Shown piece by piece: positions 20,894 through 30,238 of a DNA stretch of 64,000 bases. This stretch comes from a virus. Its lineage: Duplodnaviria > Caudoviricetes. The stretch lies in the IMG/VR virus record IMGVR_UViG_3300031519_004880, positions 1 through 64,000 of that record; one strand, written 5' to 3'. Every line of letters starts with the position of its first letter. The first letter of the stretch is position 1. A program made the position numbers and the translations under genes. The notes under the pieces are model-generated. The model saw only the letters and a program-made list of their open reading frames with translations, searched no databases and had not been told where the DNA came from.

Positions 20894-21998
20894 AACTTAG
20901 ATCCTCCTTAAACTTGTAAATGGCTTCTTTATTGGTTGTCATATTATGCCCAATAGCATACATTTGATTGTTGTATATAATTGGTCTTCCTAGCATTGTA
21001 TTTTCAAATTGTTCGTAATGTAATATAGTTCCTTTGCTATCAATTTTAAAAATTGGACATCCAGGGGTGCCACTTGGAAAGAAGTACGCATTGCCGTTAT
21101 ATTCAATTCCGCTACGAAAACGATACTTGCCACCAAACTCTAATCCAATATCAAATTGGTAACTTTGTTTAGTTACAGTATCAAACACTAACCCCCAACG
21201 ACTATCACTTGCAAATTCATCACCATACGGTAATGCTATTATTCTATCGCCAAGCATTACACCGCAATTATATTTCTTAGCAAAGTCAACTCCGTTAATT
21301 TCATGATAGGTTACTGTATTTGTTTCTGTATCAAACTCTACAATAGTATTAAGTCCGCTAGTTTCGCCAAACGGTAAACTGTAAAGTGTATTACCTTTCA
21401 CAATAATATCTGAATATTTTCTTGTAATGTTAGCATCAACATCTAATTCGTAACTTTGATATGCGTTGCCATCAAAACTTAAAAGTGTATTATATCCTGG
21501 CTCATCACCGCGAGGCATACTCCAATATCTTCCATTGCAGTATACAGTTCCCATGTGTAACTTTTTACCTTTGGTAGGTAACTCGTGTGCTTTAATTATT
21601 CCATCAATGTACAATCCAAAGTTTGTATCTTCGTACCCTAGTGGAAAACTAAATGCAGTCTTTCCATCAGTTGCTACGCTATAAAATTGTCCTTTACCTT
21701 TGAATGGTAATGTATGATAGTAGGGTGTTGTGTCACGTAGTTCTACTACAGTATTAAACTCGTCCCAAATACCGTAAGGAATAAACCAACTGCTATTATC
21801 AATTTGTGCAACAGCATTAGTCTTACTAGTTGCCGGTAGTAATTCTAGATCAATGTAACTACCTTTGTAAAATACTTTACTATACTCTTTACATTTTTCT
21901 GTAGCAAAAGGAGGGCTTAGTAATTCATTGTTATGCTCAACTAACAATAAGTGTTTAATAGATTGTTCTTTATAAAAATCTTGGAATGCTTTATACAT
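20868..21998 (-). CDS. Beta-propeller repeat protein
   Basis: About 7 repeats ending (F/Y/W)xxPxG: FIPYG, SFPLG, SMPRG, SLPFG, ALPYG, FFPSG. Confidence 0.65.
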   Translation of the reverse strand: MYKAFQDFYKEQSIKHLLLVEHNNELLSPPFATEKCKEYSKVFYKGSYIDLELLPATSKTNAVAQIDNSSWFIPYGIWDEFNTVVELRDTTPYYHTLPFKGKGQFYSVATDGKTAFSFPLGYEDTNFGLYIDGIIKAHELPTKGKKLHMGTVYCNGRYWSMPRGDEPGYNTLLSFDGNAYQSYELDVDANITRKYSDIIVKGNTLYSLPFGETSGLNTIVEFDTETNTVTYHEINGVDFAKKYNCGVMLGDRIIALPYGDEFASDSRWGLVFDTVTKQSYQFDIGLEFGGKYRFRSGIEYNGNAYFFPSGTPGCPIFKIDSKGTILHYEQFENTMLGRPIIYNNQMYAIGHNMTTNKEAIYKFKEDLSYEMFCSLA

Positions 21999-23214
21999 TT
22001 TTTAAGTCCATAGTGTGGATTACTGTTTCTGTCTTAGTATCAAATACTAGTACAGTTTGAAACGTTTCACTTTCTCCATATGGCATTGCAAAAATTACAT
22101 CATTATATATTATACAGTTGTTATACTTTTCAATAGTAGTTGAGTCTTTAAAGTACTCTCCTACGTCTATAGTATAATGCGTATCGTCAACTGTGTCAAC
22201 CACTAATATTTCAGCAAGGTCTCCTTGACTCTTCCAAGTGTCTGCAGGCTCGCAAACACACCCGCCTCTAGGAATATAATATATTTTACCTGCACTATTT
22301 TCAACACCTGCAAAGTACTTCTTACTTTCTTTGCCTATGCCCAGTTCCTTAGTGTACCATTCGTCTGTAGCACTATTAATAATAAGCATCTTACTCCAAT
22401 CCTCATCATGCCCGGCTGGCGGAAAGTATACTTTGCCGTTACGTGCAACAGTATGACTGAAATACATTCTGCTAGTTGCAGTTAATCCTGTGTGTTCACT
22501 ATGCCATTCTTGGCCATCAAATCTTAGCAATACATCAAAGTTAGGATTTTCACTATAAGGAGGAGCATATAGTTTACGCCCTACTTTAGCCATTGTAGTA
22601 TATTTTTTATTAGTCCAATACTCTTTATCTAAATCAAACCAATGGTAACTCATATTAATAAGTTCATATGTCATGTTAACACAATCATACTCAATACAAT
22701 ATGGAAAATATTCTTTTAAGTTTTCACCACGTGGCACTCCGTAAATTATACCATCAATGATTTGTGTAGTATGCCATTTTTTACAATCGTCAGTTGTTAT
22801 ATCTATTTGCACATATTGTAGTGTATGGTCGTCTAAGTTAATATGCATAACCCAGCTAAATGGTTCATGTTCCCCATAAGGTAGTGCTACAATTTCATTA
22901 CCATGTATGTGACCTTGTATATACTTGCCCTTGCCTTTAGGAGATACTTCAATGTATTCTATTTCATCTGTTTCAGTATTAACAACTAATATTCTACTTT
23001 CGTTGTAAGGTAAAAAATATATAAAGTGTCTATACACAATACCATGTTGCCACTTCTCAACGCTATCGTCTACATCAAGTTTAATTTTTGTAACATCATA
23101 TGTAGTCGGATCTATTTTAAGCATATGATCGAGAGATTCGTTTAGACCATATGGCGGAACATAAATCATTCCATTGTTGCTTAGTGTAGCATAGCTATAG
23201 GATTGCGGGGTCAA
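21991..23214 (-). CDS. Beta-propeller repeat protein (8 repeats)
   Basis: IYVPPYG, IYFLPYN, IVALPYG, IYGVPRG, LYAPPYS, VYFPPAG, IYYIPRG, IFAMPYG; likely TTG start 23214 after GGAG. Confidence 0.7.
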   Translation of the reverse strand: MTPQSYSYATLSNNGMIYVPPYGLNESLDHMLKIDPTTYDVTKIKLDVDDSVEKWQHGIVYRHFIYFLPYNESRILVVNTETDEIEYIEVSPKGKGKYIQGHIHGNEIVALPYGEHEPFSWVMHINLDDHTLQYVQIDITTDDCKKWHTTQIIDGIIYGVPRGENLKEYFPYCIEYDCVNMTYELINMSYHWFDLDKEYWTNKKYTTMAKVGRKLYAPPYSENPNFDVLLRFDGQEWHSEHTGLTATSRMYFSHTVARNGKVYFPPAGHDEDWSKMLIINSATDEWYTKELGIGKESKKYFAGVENSAGKIYYIPRGGCVCEPADTWKSQGDLAEILVVDTVDDTHYTIDVGEYFKDSTTIEKYNNCIIYNDVIFAMPYGESETFQTVLVFDTKTETVIHTMDLKNV

Positions 23215-23650
23215 ACTTGTCTCCAAATGCACTAGTTAGGTCTGCATGTAATTTATCTATAATTTGTTTCTCGTTATATAGACCAACGTTGTCCCAGTCG
23301 ATCATATACATGTTCTCACCGTCAATTAGTATGTTACTTAGCACCCAGTCATAATGGGCGTATGGTGATGTTTCTTTAATAGTGTATAAGCAGAAGTCAT
23401 ATATCTTTTTAATAAATTGAGGAGTGTGTGCAAACTTACTTGCAGGAGTTCCAGGTACTTTATGATATTCAATAAACATACTAGTGTCGTTACTGCCCCA
23501 ATCAATAACCCAGCCTTCCATAACTTCATTTAAAATAATTATATGTTCTTCTAATCGTGCTTCTTCTACAGTAGACCATTCTTTACGGAATCGGTCTTCA
23601 AGTTCAAAAACTTTTCTACCTATTTCTTTATTTTCTTTAATTAATTCCAT
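23195..23650 (-). CDS. Minimal protein-kinase-like/APH-fold phosphotransferase
   Basis: HYDWVLSNILIDGENMYMIDWD = HxD-x4-N catalytic loop plus D metal motif; likely start ATG 23650. Confidence 0.7.
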   Translation of the reverse strand: MELIKENKEIGRKVFELEDRFRKEWSTVEEARLEEHIIILNEVMEGWVIDWGSNDTSMFIEYHKVPGTPASKFAHTPQFIKKIYDFCLYTIKETSPYAHYDWVLSNILIDGENMYMIDWDNVGLYNEKQIIDKLHADLTSAFGDKFDPAIL

Positions 23651-24710
23651 ATGCTTGTGCAACCTCCGGCAAGTAATCTTTAATGTATAACCCACGCCAC
23701 TTATCTTGTTTTGTAATTTGATTTACAAAGTGTTCAATAATTTTAGGATCTGATGGATGATTAGCCCAACCGTCAACGTCAGGATGAATACCACGGAACT
23801 GTTCCTTTAAACTATCAGGAGCATTTTTAACATGTAACCACTCTGGAAGAATCAATAAGTTATCGTAAATTTTAAAATTATTCTTAGTAGCATATTCTTT
23901 AAGCTCGTCATAGTATAACGCATTAAGAATACTAAGTGTTGGAGTTACATCAACTTTACAAAAGTCTGCATATTTTTGTGCGTTAACTTCTATCTCATTC
24001 CATTTACTTCCGCTTCTAATATAATCAATTTTATCACTTGCGGCATCTAAGCTAAGACTCATAATTACCATATTAAATCTTCTTAGTAATTTTTCAATCT
24101 TAGGGTTCCATAATGTTCCGTTAGTATTAAATCTAACTAACACGCTTGAGTCAAGTCTTTCTAGAAACTTATCTAAGTGTCTAACCATCATAGGTTCACC
24201 ACCTGTTAGATAAACTTCTCTAATAGGCAAGTCGTCAAACTTTTTCATTGTTTCTTCAGACGCCCAATTAAAGTTTGGAACTTCTAATATTCCGTGTAAT
24301 GGAATAATGCCAGCCTTCTTCATTTCAATAGCTTCTTCAGCAATACTACTACTGCTCATTTCCCAACAGCTAACACATTTAAGATTACAGCTATTGCCGA
24401 ATCTAATATCAAGATGACTTAGCCCAGGGCCATAAAAGTTTCTAACGTATCTAGAACCGTCTGGTTTTACCCTAGTACGCATACTATCAATACCTTGTTC
24501 TTCTTGTTGTTCGCAACGTGTACATGCGTCTGGCCAAATGTCATTGTCCATTTGTTCAGTTACTTTTTTATGAAATTCACTGTCATGCCATTCTTGCGGA
24601 GTATGTGTTTTAATATTTTCTTTATTAGTTTGTTCAAGGCTAACACAGCATAGTCTAAACTGACCATCTGATCTTACACATGTTTGATGATCTAAATATT
24701 TACATTTCAC
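23637..24710 (-). CDS. Radical SAM protein with N-terminal twitch domain
   Basis: CKY...LCC...CTRC; CNLKCVSC; LTGGEP. Confidence 0.9.
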   Translation of the reverse strand: MKCKYLDHQTCVRSDGQFRLCCVSLEQTNKENIKTHTPQEWHDSEFHKKVTEQMDNDIWPDACTRCEQQEEQGIDSMRTRVKPDGSRYVRNFYGPGLSHLDIRFGNSCNLKCVSCWEMSSSSIAEEAIEMKKAGIIPLHGILEVPNFNWASEETMKKFDDLPIREVYLTGGEPMMVRHLDKFLERLDSSVLVRFNTNGTLWNPKIEKLLRRFNMVIMSLSLDAASDKIDYIRSGSKWNEIEVNAQKYADFCKVDVTPTLSILNALYYDELKEYATKNNFKIYDNLLILPEWLHVKNAPDSLKEQFRGIHPDVDGWANHPSDPKIIEHFVNQITKQDKWRGLYIKDYLPEVAQAYGIN

Positions 24711-25686
24711 CGCAGGTTACCTCGCATATTTTAAATCTGTTTTCACTTGGGTACATAAGTTCTTCACCTTTAAGTATATCTTCTAATGACCTATCGTTTA
24801 TATTAGGCCATGTTATTTTGTCTTGTGAATAAGGGTTGTCAGGATTCTTAGGCCATCTCTCACTTAGTAAGTAACAACAAGATAGTACTTCGCCTGTATG
24901 ACTTATTTGTACTTTTCTTTTATTTTTCCATTTGCATGATATAGTTGTTTTACTAAAATCTTTAATGATCTTAATCCGTTCAACATTGTCGAGGTACTTG
25001 CTATCGTATTTAATCTCTCGTGCTTTGTCTTTTTTATTTGCTTTAAATTTTTCTATAGCATTATCAGCAATACTATTAATAGCACTAAACGTATATCCGC
25101 CATTAATATCAAACTTTTGAAATCCCATATCATAAGCTAGTTGTTTACATTCTTCTAATTGGTGTGCATTGTGTTCAAACACTAGCATACGCCAACGTGC
25201 TAATCCGCCTGCACCAATAAATGTTTTAGCATTAGTCATAATCTTATCCCAGATAACTCCTCTACGATATAGATGGTTAGTATCTTCTAATCCGTCAATG
25301 CTAAAAACTACATGACTTGGATACGGAAACTTAGACAATGTTTTTGCTAATCGTAGCCATTCTGTTCCTAGTCCAGCATTGGTATGAATAGTTACTACCG
25401 GAGGTGCAGTACTTGTAATTGCTAATAAATGTTCAAGTGCTGGAATTAAGTTTGGATTAAATAATGGATCACCATAGCTACCATTAAATATTACTTCTCT
25501 AACATTGTCAACTACTGACGTAGTAAACAAGTTTTTCCAAGTTTTTAAATCCATATGTCCTAAAGGCATATGTGGATTAACTTCAACTCCCCCAATATTT
25601 CTACTGCAATTTCCGCACATAGAATTGCAATGACTAGTGAAGTCTACTACAATCGTATCTAGTGCTGATGGCGTTATATATGGCAT
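24700..25686 (-). CDS. Radical SAM protein with C-terminal twitch domain (paralog of 14020)
   Basis: CNSMCGNC, NGSYGDP; C...GEVLSCC...CEVTCG. Confidence 0.9.
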   Translation of the reverse strand: MPYITPSALDTIVVDFTSHCNSMCGNCSRNIGGVEVNPHMPLGHMDLKTWKNLFTTSVVDNVREVIFNGSYGDPLFNPNLIPALEHLLAITSTAPPVVTIHTNAGLGTEWLRLAKTLSKFPYPSHVVFSIDGLEDTNHLYRRGVIWDKIMTNAKTFIGAGGLARWRMLVFEHNAHQLEECKQLAYDMGFQKFDINGGYTFSAINSIADNAIEKFKANKKDKAREIKYDSKYLDNVERIKIIKDFSKTTISCKWKNKRKVQISHTGEVLSCCYLLSERWPKNPDNPYSQDKITWPNINDRSLEDILKGEELMYPSENRFKICEVTCGEM

Positions 25687-25691
25687 AAGTA

Positions 25692-25697
25692 TATTTA
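25692..25697 (-). promoter_or_regulatory. Late promoter; probably leaderless transcript
   Basis: TAAATA-TACTT-ATG(25686), no SD. Confidence 0.5.
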
Positions 25698-25725
25698 ACA
25701 GATAGTTTAATGATAAAGAAGAAAT

Positions 25726-26427
25726 ATGACACCTGAATTACAGAAATATATACAGGATCACGACAGAGATATTACAATACAGTATCCTGAGCAGTTTGAT
25801 CCTAAATGGATTGTAACAGAAAGTGGCTGGCCTTGTTTTAGGCTAAGTGCATTAGATAACCAACCTTGGCAAGAAATGCACAAAGAAGCAGAAGCACTTG
25901 CTGACAAGTTTTATTCACATAGAGAAACTACATACGGCAACGGGTGGAAAAGTTTAACACTACATGGAGTAAACGAAGACAGCCAATCACTAAACACATA
26001 CGGAGAACGATCAGAAACTCTTAAACAGTTAGATTGGACTTGGGTAGCAGACGAATGTCCTGTCACTAAGAAGTTTTTAACTGATGTTTGGCCAGCAGAG
26101 TTTTTAAATCGTGTAAGATTTATGTTACTTGAACCAGGTGGATACATACTTCCGCATCAAGATCGCAAAGACGAAGAGAAGCGGTTAAGTGTTTGTAATA
26201 TTAGTTTGAATAATCCAGAAGGTTGTAACTTTATTTTTAAGGATCACGGCAGAGTTCCGTTTGAAGACACCGGTAGTGCTTTCTTAATGGATATATCAAA
26301 CGTACATGCAGTATATAATAACAGTGACAAGCCACGTATTCATATGATTATACATTATGAACTAGGTAGACGTGTTAGAGATTTCTTTTACGTTCTACGT
26401 CAGAGCTATTTTACGAACCAAGGATAA
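25726..26427 (+). CDS. AspH-like 2OG-Fe(II) oxygenase
   Basis: RVRFMLLEPGGYILPHQD...VHAVYN...RIHMI. Confidence 0.85.
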   Translation: MTPELQKYIQDHDRDITIQYPEQFDPKWIVTESGWPCFRLSALDNQPWQEMHKEAEALADKFYSHRETTYGNGWKSLTLHGVNEDSQSLNTYGERSETLKQLDWTWVADECPVTKKFLTDVWPAEFLNRVRFMLLEPGGYILPHQDRKDEEKRLSVCNISLNNPEGCNFIFKDHGRVPFEDTGSAFLMDISNVHAVYNNSDKPRIHMIIHYELGRRVRDFFYVLRQSYFTNQG

Positions 26428-26428
26428 T

Positions 26429-27898
26429 ATGAAAGACTGGAATAGCATAACTGTTGATAGGTACTATGAAAACCTAAGCATTGAAAACAACGTAGGTGTT
26501 GGTATACTAGACATCTCAAGAGATATTACAAATTCAACAGTACAGAAACGCACATTTGATATGACATACTTTTATATTAATCGTATGATTAAAATGGGCA
26601 TGTGTAGTTACGTTGGATTTCACAATCGTGTAGAAACAATACTTGAAGAAGCATTAAGTGCAGACAAAGAGTTTGCAATGGTAGCATGTCAAGGGTTGTT
26701 ATTACATAGAGGCCCAAGTTTACTACAACAAAGTGTAGAATATGCTGAAAACAATCCGCAGTTCTTTGTAGTTGGCCATATCATGGACAAAACAAAACAA
26801 CATTACATGACCAAAGGTGCTTATCCTGGATTACACAGGCAATATCTTTTTGTAAATTTAGCCAAGTGGGTTGAACTTGGTAAACCACCGTTTGATGAAA
26901 TAGGAGTCTTTTGGGATAGAAAGCCTGAACTACAAAATTATCAAATGAGTAAAGATTCTATTCACAGTACTTACACACCCAAGTGGGTTATTAATAACAA
27001 AGGAACAACAAAGTATGATACGACCAGTGATGGCAGTAATTGGATTGACATCGCTATGCGTAATAACATACGTATTGACAATTTAGATAATGATATGCGA
27101 GCTTGTAAGGTATTTTTATATCCATACATTGACTCGGATCTACTTGGAAAGATTTGGTACAACAAACAATCACCTTTAGTAGACGATTTAACTAACCAAA
27201 GCCAACGTGCTTGGATTAGAAAACAAGCATATCAAGAAGAAATAGAAAAGAACCGTGTGTATGCGTTTAACACAGAAACGTTAAGTAGTGAAGGTGTTAG
27301 AACTAATGGAAACCAAATTGACCATTTGTTTTCAGCATCAGCAGGATTTAAACCCCTTGCAATATTAAATGCAAACGGATTTCACAGTGGTACAACGGTA
27401 CATTACTTTGATTGGTGTGAAGCAAGTTTAAACTATAAGAAACATTTACTTGAAACGTGGGACGGCTATGACTTAGACAAGTGGTTGCTTGAACATGATT
27501 TAGATTATAACTTTAGTTCTACGTATAGGGGAACTTATAAAAAGTTCTGGGAACAAGAATTAAGAGAGTTTGGTGGATCGTTAGCATTTCAAAGGTTGTG
27601 GGATAGATACAGAAACCTAAAACATGAGTTTCATGTAATTGACCTTGTGTATGACAACACTAAACTGTTTGACATTATTAATAGCGTATATGGTACTAAA
27701 GTATTATGGACTACTAATATTTGGTCAAGTGAAATGCTTCATTGGAATGTAGAGCCTGAAGAGTTAGAACAGCAATGGTTAAAATTTGAACAGCAAATAC
27801 CTGACGATCTTGTACTATACGGACACGACTATGTTGCAGTTGACATGAATTCTAGAGTACGCAATGGCGTACAGTTGACTCACCCGAGGTACGCCTAA
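26429..27898 (+). CDS. Hypothetical protein (possible GT-like N-terminus and methyltransferase-like C-terminus)
   Basis: Likely start ATG 26429 after AAGGA; fold guess weak. Confidence 0.5.
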   Translation: MKDWNSITVDRYYENLSIENNVGVGILDISRDITNSTVQKRTFDMTYFYINRMIKMGMCSYVGFHNRVETILEEALSADKEFAMVACQGLLLHRGPSLLQQSVEYAENNPQFFVVGHIMDKTKQHYMTKGAYPGLHRQYLFVNLAKWVELGKPPFDEIGVFWDRKPELQNYQMSKDSIHSTYTPKWVINNKGTTKYDTTSDGSNWIDIAMRNNIRIDNLDNDMRACKVFLYPYIDSDLLGKIWYNKQSPLVDDLTNQSQRAWIRKQAYQEEIEKNRVYAFNTETLSSEGVRTNGNQIDHLFSASAGFKPLAILNANGFHSGTTVHYFDWCEASLNYKKHLLETWDGYDLDKWLLEHDLDYNFSSTYRGTYKKFWEQELREFGGSLAFQRLWDRYRNLKHEFHVIDLVYDNTKLFDIINSVYGTKVLWTTNIWSSEMLHWNVEPEELEQQWLKFEQQIPDDLVLYGHDYVAVDMNSRVRNGVQLTHPRYA

Positions 27899-28545
27899 TG
27901 GAAATGAAGCGTTATATAGAAAAGCATGACGAAGCTAACTTAGGTTGGGCAGTTAAAAAACTATTCAAAGTTGACATTGATAAATTACGTACTTGGTATG
28001 ATAATTTAGAAAACAACTATAGTGATTGGAAGTTTGTTATAGGCGAACAACACCACATATGGCAATTTCCTATTAGCGATCCTGAAGCAAAGACAGGACA
28101 TCGTCTAATGGACGACACAGCATACTATACACTATGTTGGAACAGCGATGAAACAGGACCTAAGCCATTTGAACAAGGGTGTGCAAAGCCAGAGTATCGA
28201 GATGATGACAACGATCAACTTAACCCTAGACAATGTTTTAGTGGCTATGCACTAGACGTTGTAAACAGTTTACCTATGCGTAGTAAAAAATGGTTAGTAA
28301 CAATTCATACACCAGGCACTAAACTAATTACACACCAAGACGCTCCAGATAAACTTCGTGTACATATTCCTATACACACTAATGCAGATAGTAATTGGAT
28401 TATTGCAGGAGAAGAATATCATATGGAACCAGGCTGGGCATATGTTGTTAACACAACTATTCCACACAGCGTAGAAAACAAAGGTACAACAGACAGGATA
28501 CATTTATATGGAAAGATTTGGACAGATGATTGCCGTAAGTTATAG
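27898..28545 (+). CDS. AspH-like 2OG-Fe(II) oxygenase
   Basis: PGTKLITHQD...RVHIPI...PHSVEN...RIHL. Confidence 0.85.
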   Translation: MEMKRYIEKHDEANLGWAVKKLFKVDIDKLRTWYDNLENNYSDWKFVIGEQHHIWQFPISDPEAKTGHRLMDDTAYYTLCWNSDETGPKPFEQGCAKPEYRDDDNDQLNPRQCFSGYALDVVNSLPMRSKKWLVTIHTPGTKLITHQDAPDKLRVHIPIHTNADSNWIIAGEEYHMEPGWAYVVNTTIPHSVENKGTTDRIHLYGKIWTDDCRKL

Positions 28546-28954
28546 TAAAAAAGACTTTGTATCTAAAATGCAAAGCGAAAACATCACCGATACAACAGTT
28601 GAAGATACTAATGACTATTACATATGTATTGATTCAACTGGCGGCCCAGACAGCGAACCATACTTTACTCAATTTCATCCTAACGTATTAAGTTTATGTT
28701 TTGATGATGTTAGTGAAGATCAAACTAACTGGGGTGAAGATATAAAAGCATACTACACAGCCGTTGCACCAACACTAACACAAATTCGACATATTTCATA
28801 TTTCCTTAAAGAAGCAGTTGGGACAATACATGTACATTGTATGAAAGGCGAGTCACGTAGTAAAGCCGTTGCAGATTATGTAAATAACACTAGAATTAAA
28901 CACGATGGAAAGTTTGCGTACAACATCATAAGGGATATACTAGATGAGCTTTAA
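28508..28954 (+). CDS. Cys-based (PTP/dual-specificity) phosphatase-like
   Basis: IHVHCMKGESRS = HCX5R; FDD acid loop; start may be ATG 28526. Confidence 0.8.
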   Translation: MERFGQMIAVSYSKKDFVSKMQSENITDTTVEDTNDYYICIDSTGGPDSEPYFTQFHPNVLSLCFDDVSEDQTNWGEDIKAYYTAVAPTLTQIRHISYFLKEAVGTIHVHCMKGESRSKAVADYVNNTRIKHDGKFAYNIIRDILDEL

Positions 28955-29495
28955 TGTAAAAGAAATAACAATCCCTATAGAGTATACTGACTTTAGAAGT
29001 TATTATATAAATGTATGCACTAACTATCCCCACCTTAAGTTTACTAATGTACAAGATACTGTTGACTCAGAAAAGCACATCATCGACGGCGTGTATGGTT
29101 GGGGAATACAAAGTAATTTAGAAGATCTCACTGTACCTTGTCCGCCTTGGAACGTACACAAAGCAAGAAGCGACAATTATAGAGATACTGAATTATCATT
29201 TGGAATTATTAAAAAGTTAAAAGCGTTATTTCCTGAAGCAAGGCAGTTTAGTTTAAGCGGACATCCACCAGGCACAATTATTCAACAACACACTGATACT
29301 GATAGATATCTTAAAGTACATATTCCAATCATAGCAAATGCAGAATCGTTCTTTGAGTTTGGTACTAAAAGGTATTGCTTAAAAGTAGGAAAAGCATATC
29401 TAATAAATACTACTAGGTTACACGGAACTAATAATAAAGGTTCTACAGATAGAGTACATTTATTTTTTAAAGTACCGGCAAAGAATTATATATGA
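28944..29495 (+). CDS. AspH-like 2OG-Fe(II) oxygenase
   Basis: PPGTIIQQHTD...KVHIPI...LHGTNN...RVHL. Confidence 0.85.
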   Translation: MSFNVKEITIPIEYTDFRSYYINVCTNYPHLKFTNVQDTVDSEKHIIDGVYGWGIQSNLEDLTVPCPPWNVHKARSDNYRDTELSFGIIKKLKALFPEARQFSLSGHPPGTIIQQHTDTDRYLKVHIPIIANAESFFEFGTKRYCLKVGKAYLINTTRLHGTNNKGSTDRVHLFFKVPAKNYI

Positions 29496-30220
29496 GACAC
29501 TTACAAGCTAAACATATAACAGATGTCGATACGTTGTTTGATAGTCTCGAATGGGATATAATCGAGCTAGACTTTTCTATTGATTCAGATAGTCTACAAC
29601 ACTACTATACACAACTCAAAGAACAACTATCTCATTTGCAGTTTAGCTTTACTTCTAAAGAATATCTTAGACCAGACATATACGAAACATTTAAAAAAGA
29701 TAATCGTGTAGGTAATTATCTTGGAAACATTCAAGGATGGAGTGTTAGCTGGCCTATAGAACGAGATGTACCTTGTCCGAGTAAATCACAAGCTAATATT
29801 GACATGTATCCTGAGTTACAAGATTTAGATGAAGCAAAGTTCTATTACGATTGTGTACCAATGAAAGTTTATAAGTTTGGTATTTTAAACAGCATGATAG
29901 AAACGCTAACCTTACCAGCTCTAAGACAAATGCTAATAGCATTGCACCCACCAGGATTAAAAGTTGATACACATACTGACGGAAAGACGAGGAAACTACA
30001 TGTACCATTTTATACTAATAAAGATGCAGTCTTTACATTTGGTGAAAACAGAGAACGCAAATACCATATGGAATTGGGCAAAGGATATATAATTAATACT
30101 CTAGTTCCGCATGGAACAGAAAATAACGGAAATACTGAAAGAGTACACTTATTGTCTAGAGTTGACGATTCGTTTATGCATTCACTATTATCCTTAAACT
30201 GCAATATAGCAGATAAATAA
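29492..30220 (+). CDS. AspH-like 2OG-Fe(II) oxygenase
   Basis: PPGLKVDTHTD...KLHVP...PHGTEN...RVHL. Confidence 0.85.
   Translation: MRHLQAKHITDVDTLFDSLEWDIIELDFSIDSDSLQHYYTQLKEQLSHLQFSFTSKEYLRPDIYETFKKDNRVGNYLGNIQGWSVSWPIERDVPCPSKSQANIDMYPELQDLDEAKFYYDCVPMKVYKFGILNSMIETLTLPALRQMLIALHPPGLKVDTHTDGKTRKLHVPFYTNKDAVFTFGENRERKYHMELGKGYIINTLVPHGTENNGNTERVHLLSRVDDSFMHSLLSLNCNIADK
30213..30219 (+). promoter_or_regulatory. Late promoter
   Basis: ATAAATA followed by SD AGGAG and ATG 30239. Confidence 0.6.
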
Positions 30221-30238
30221 CAGTAACAGGAGATAATA

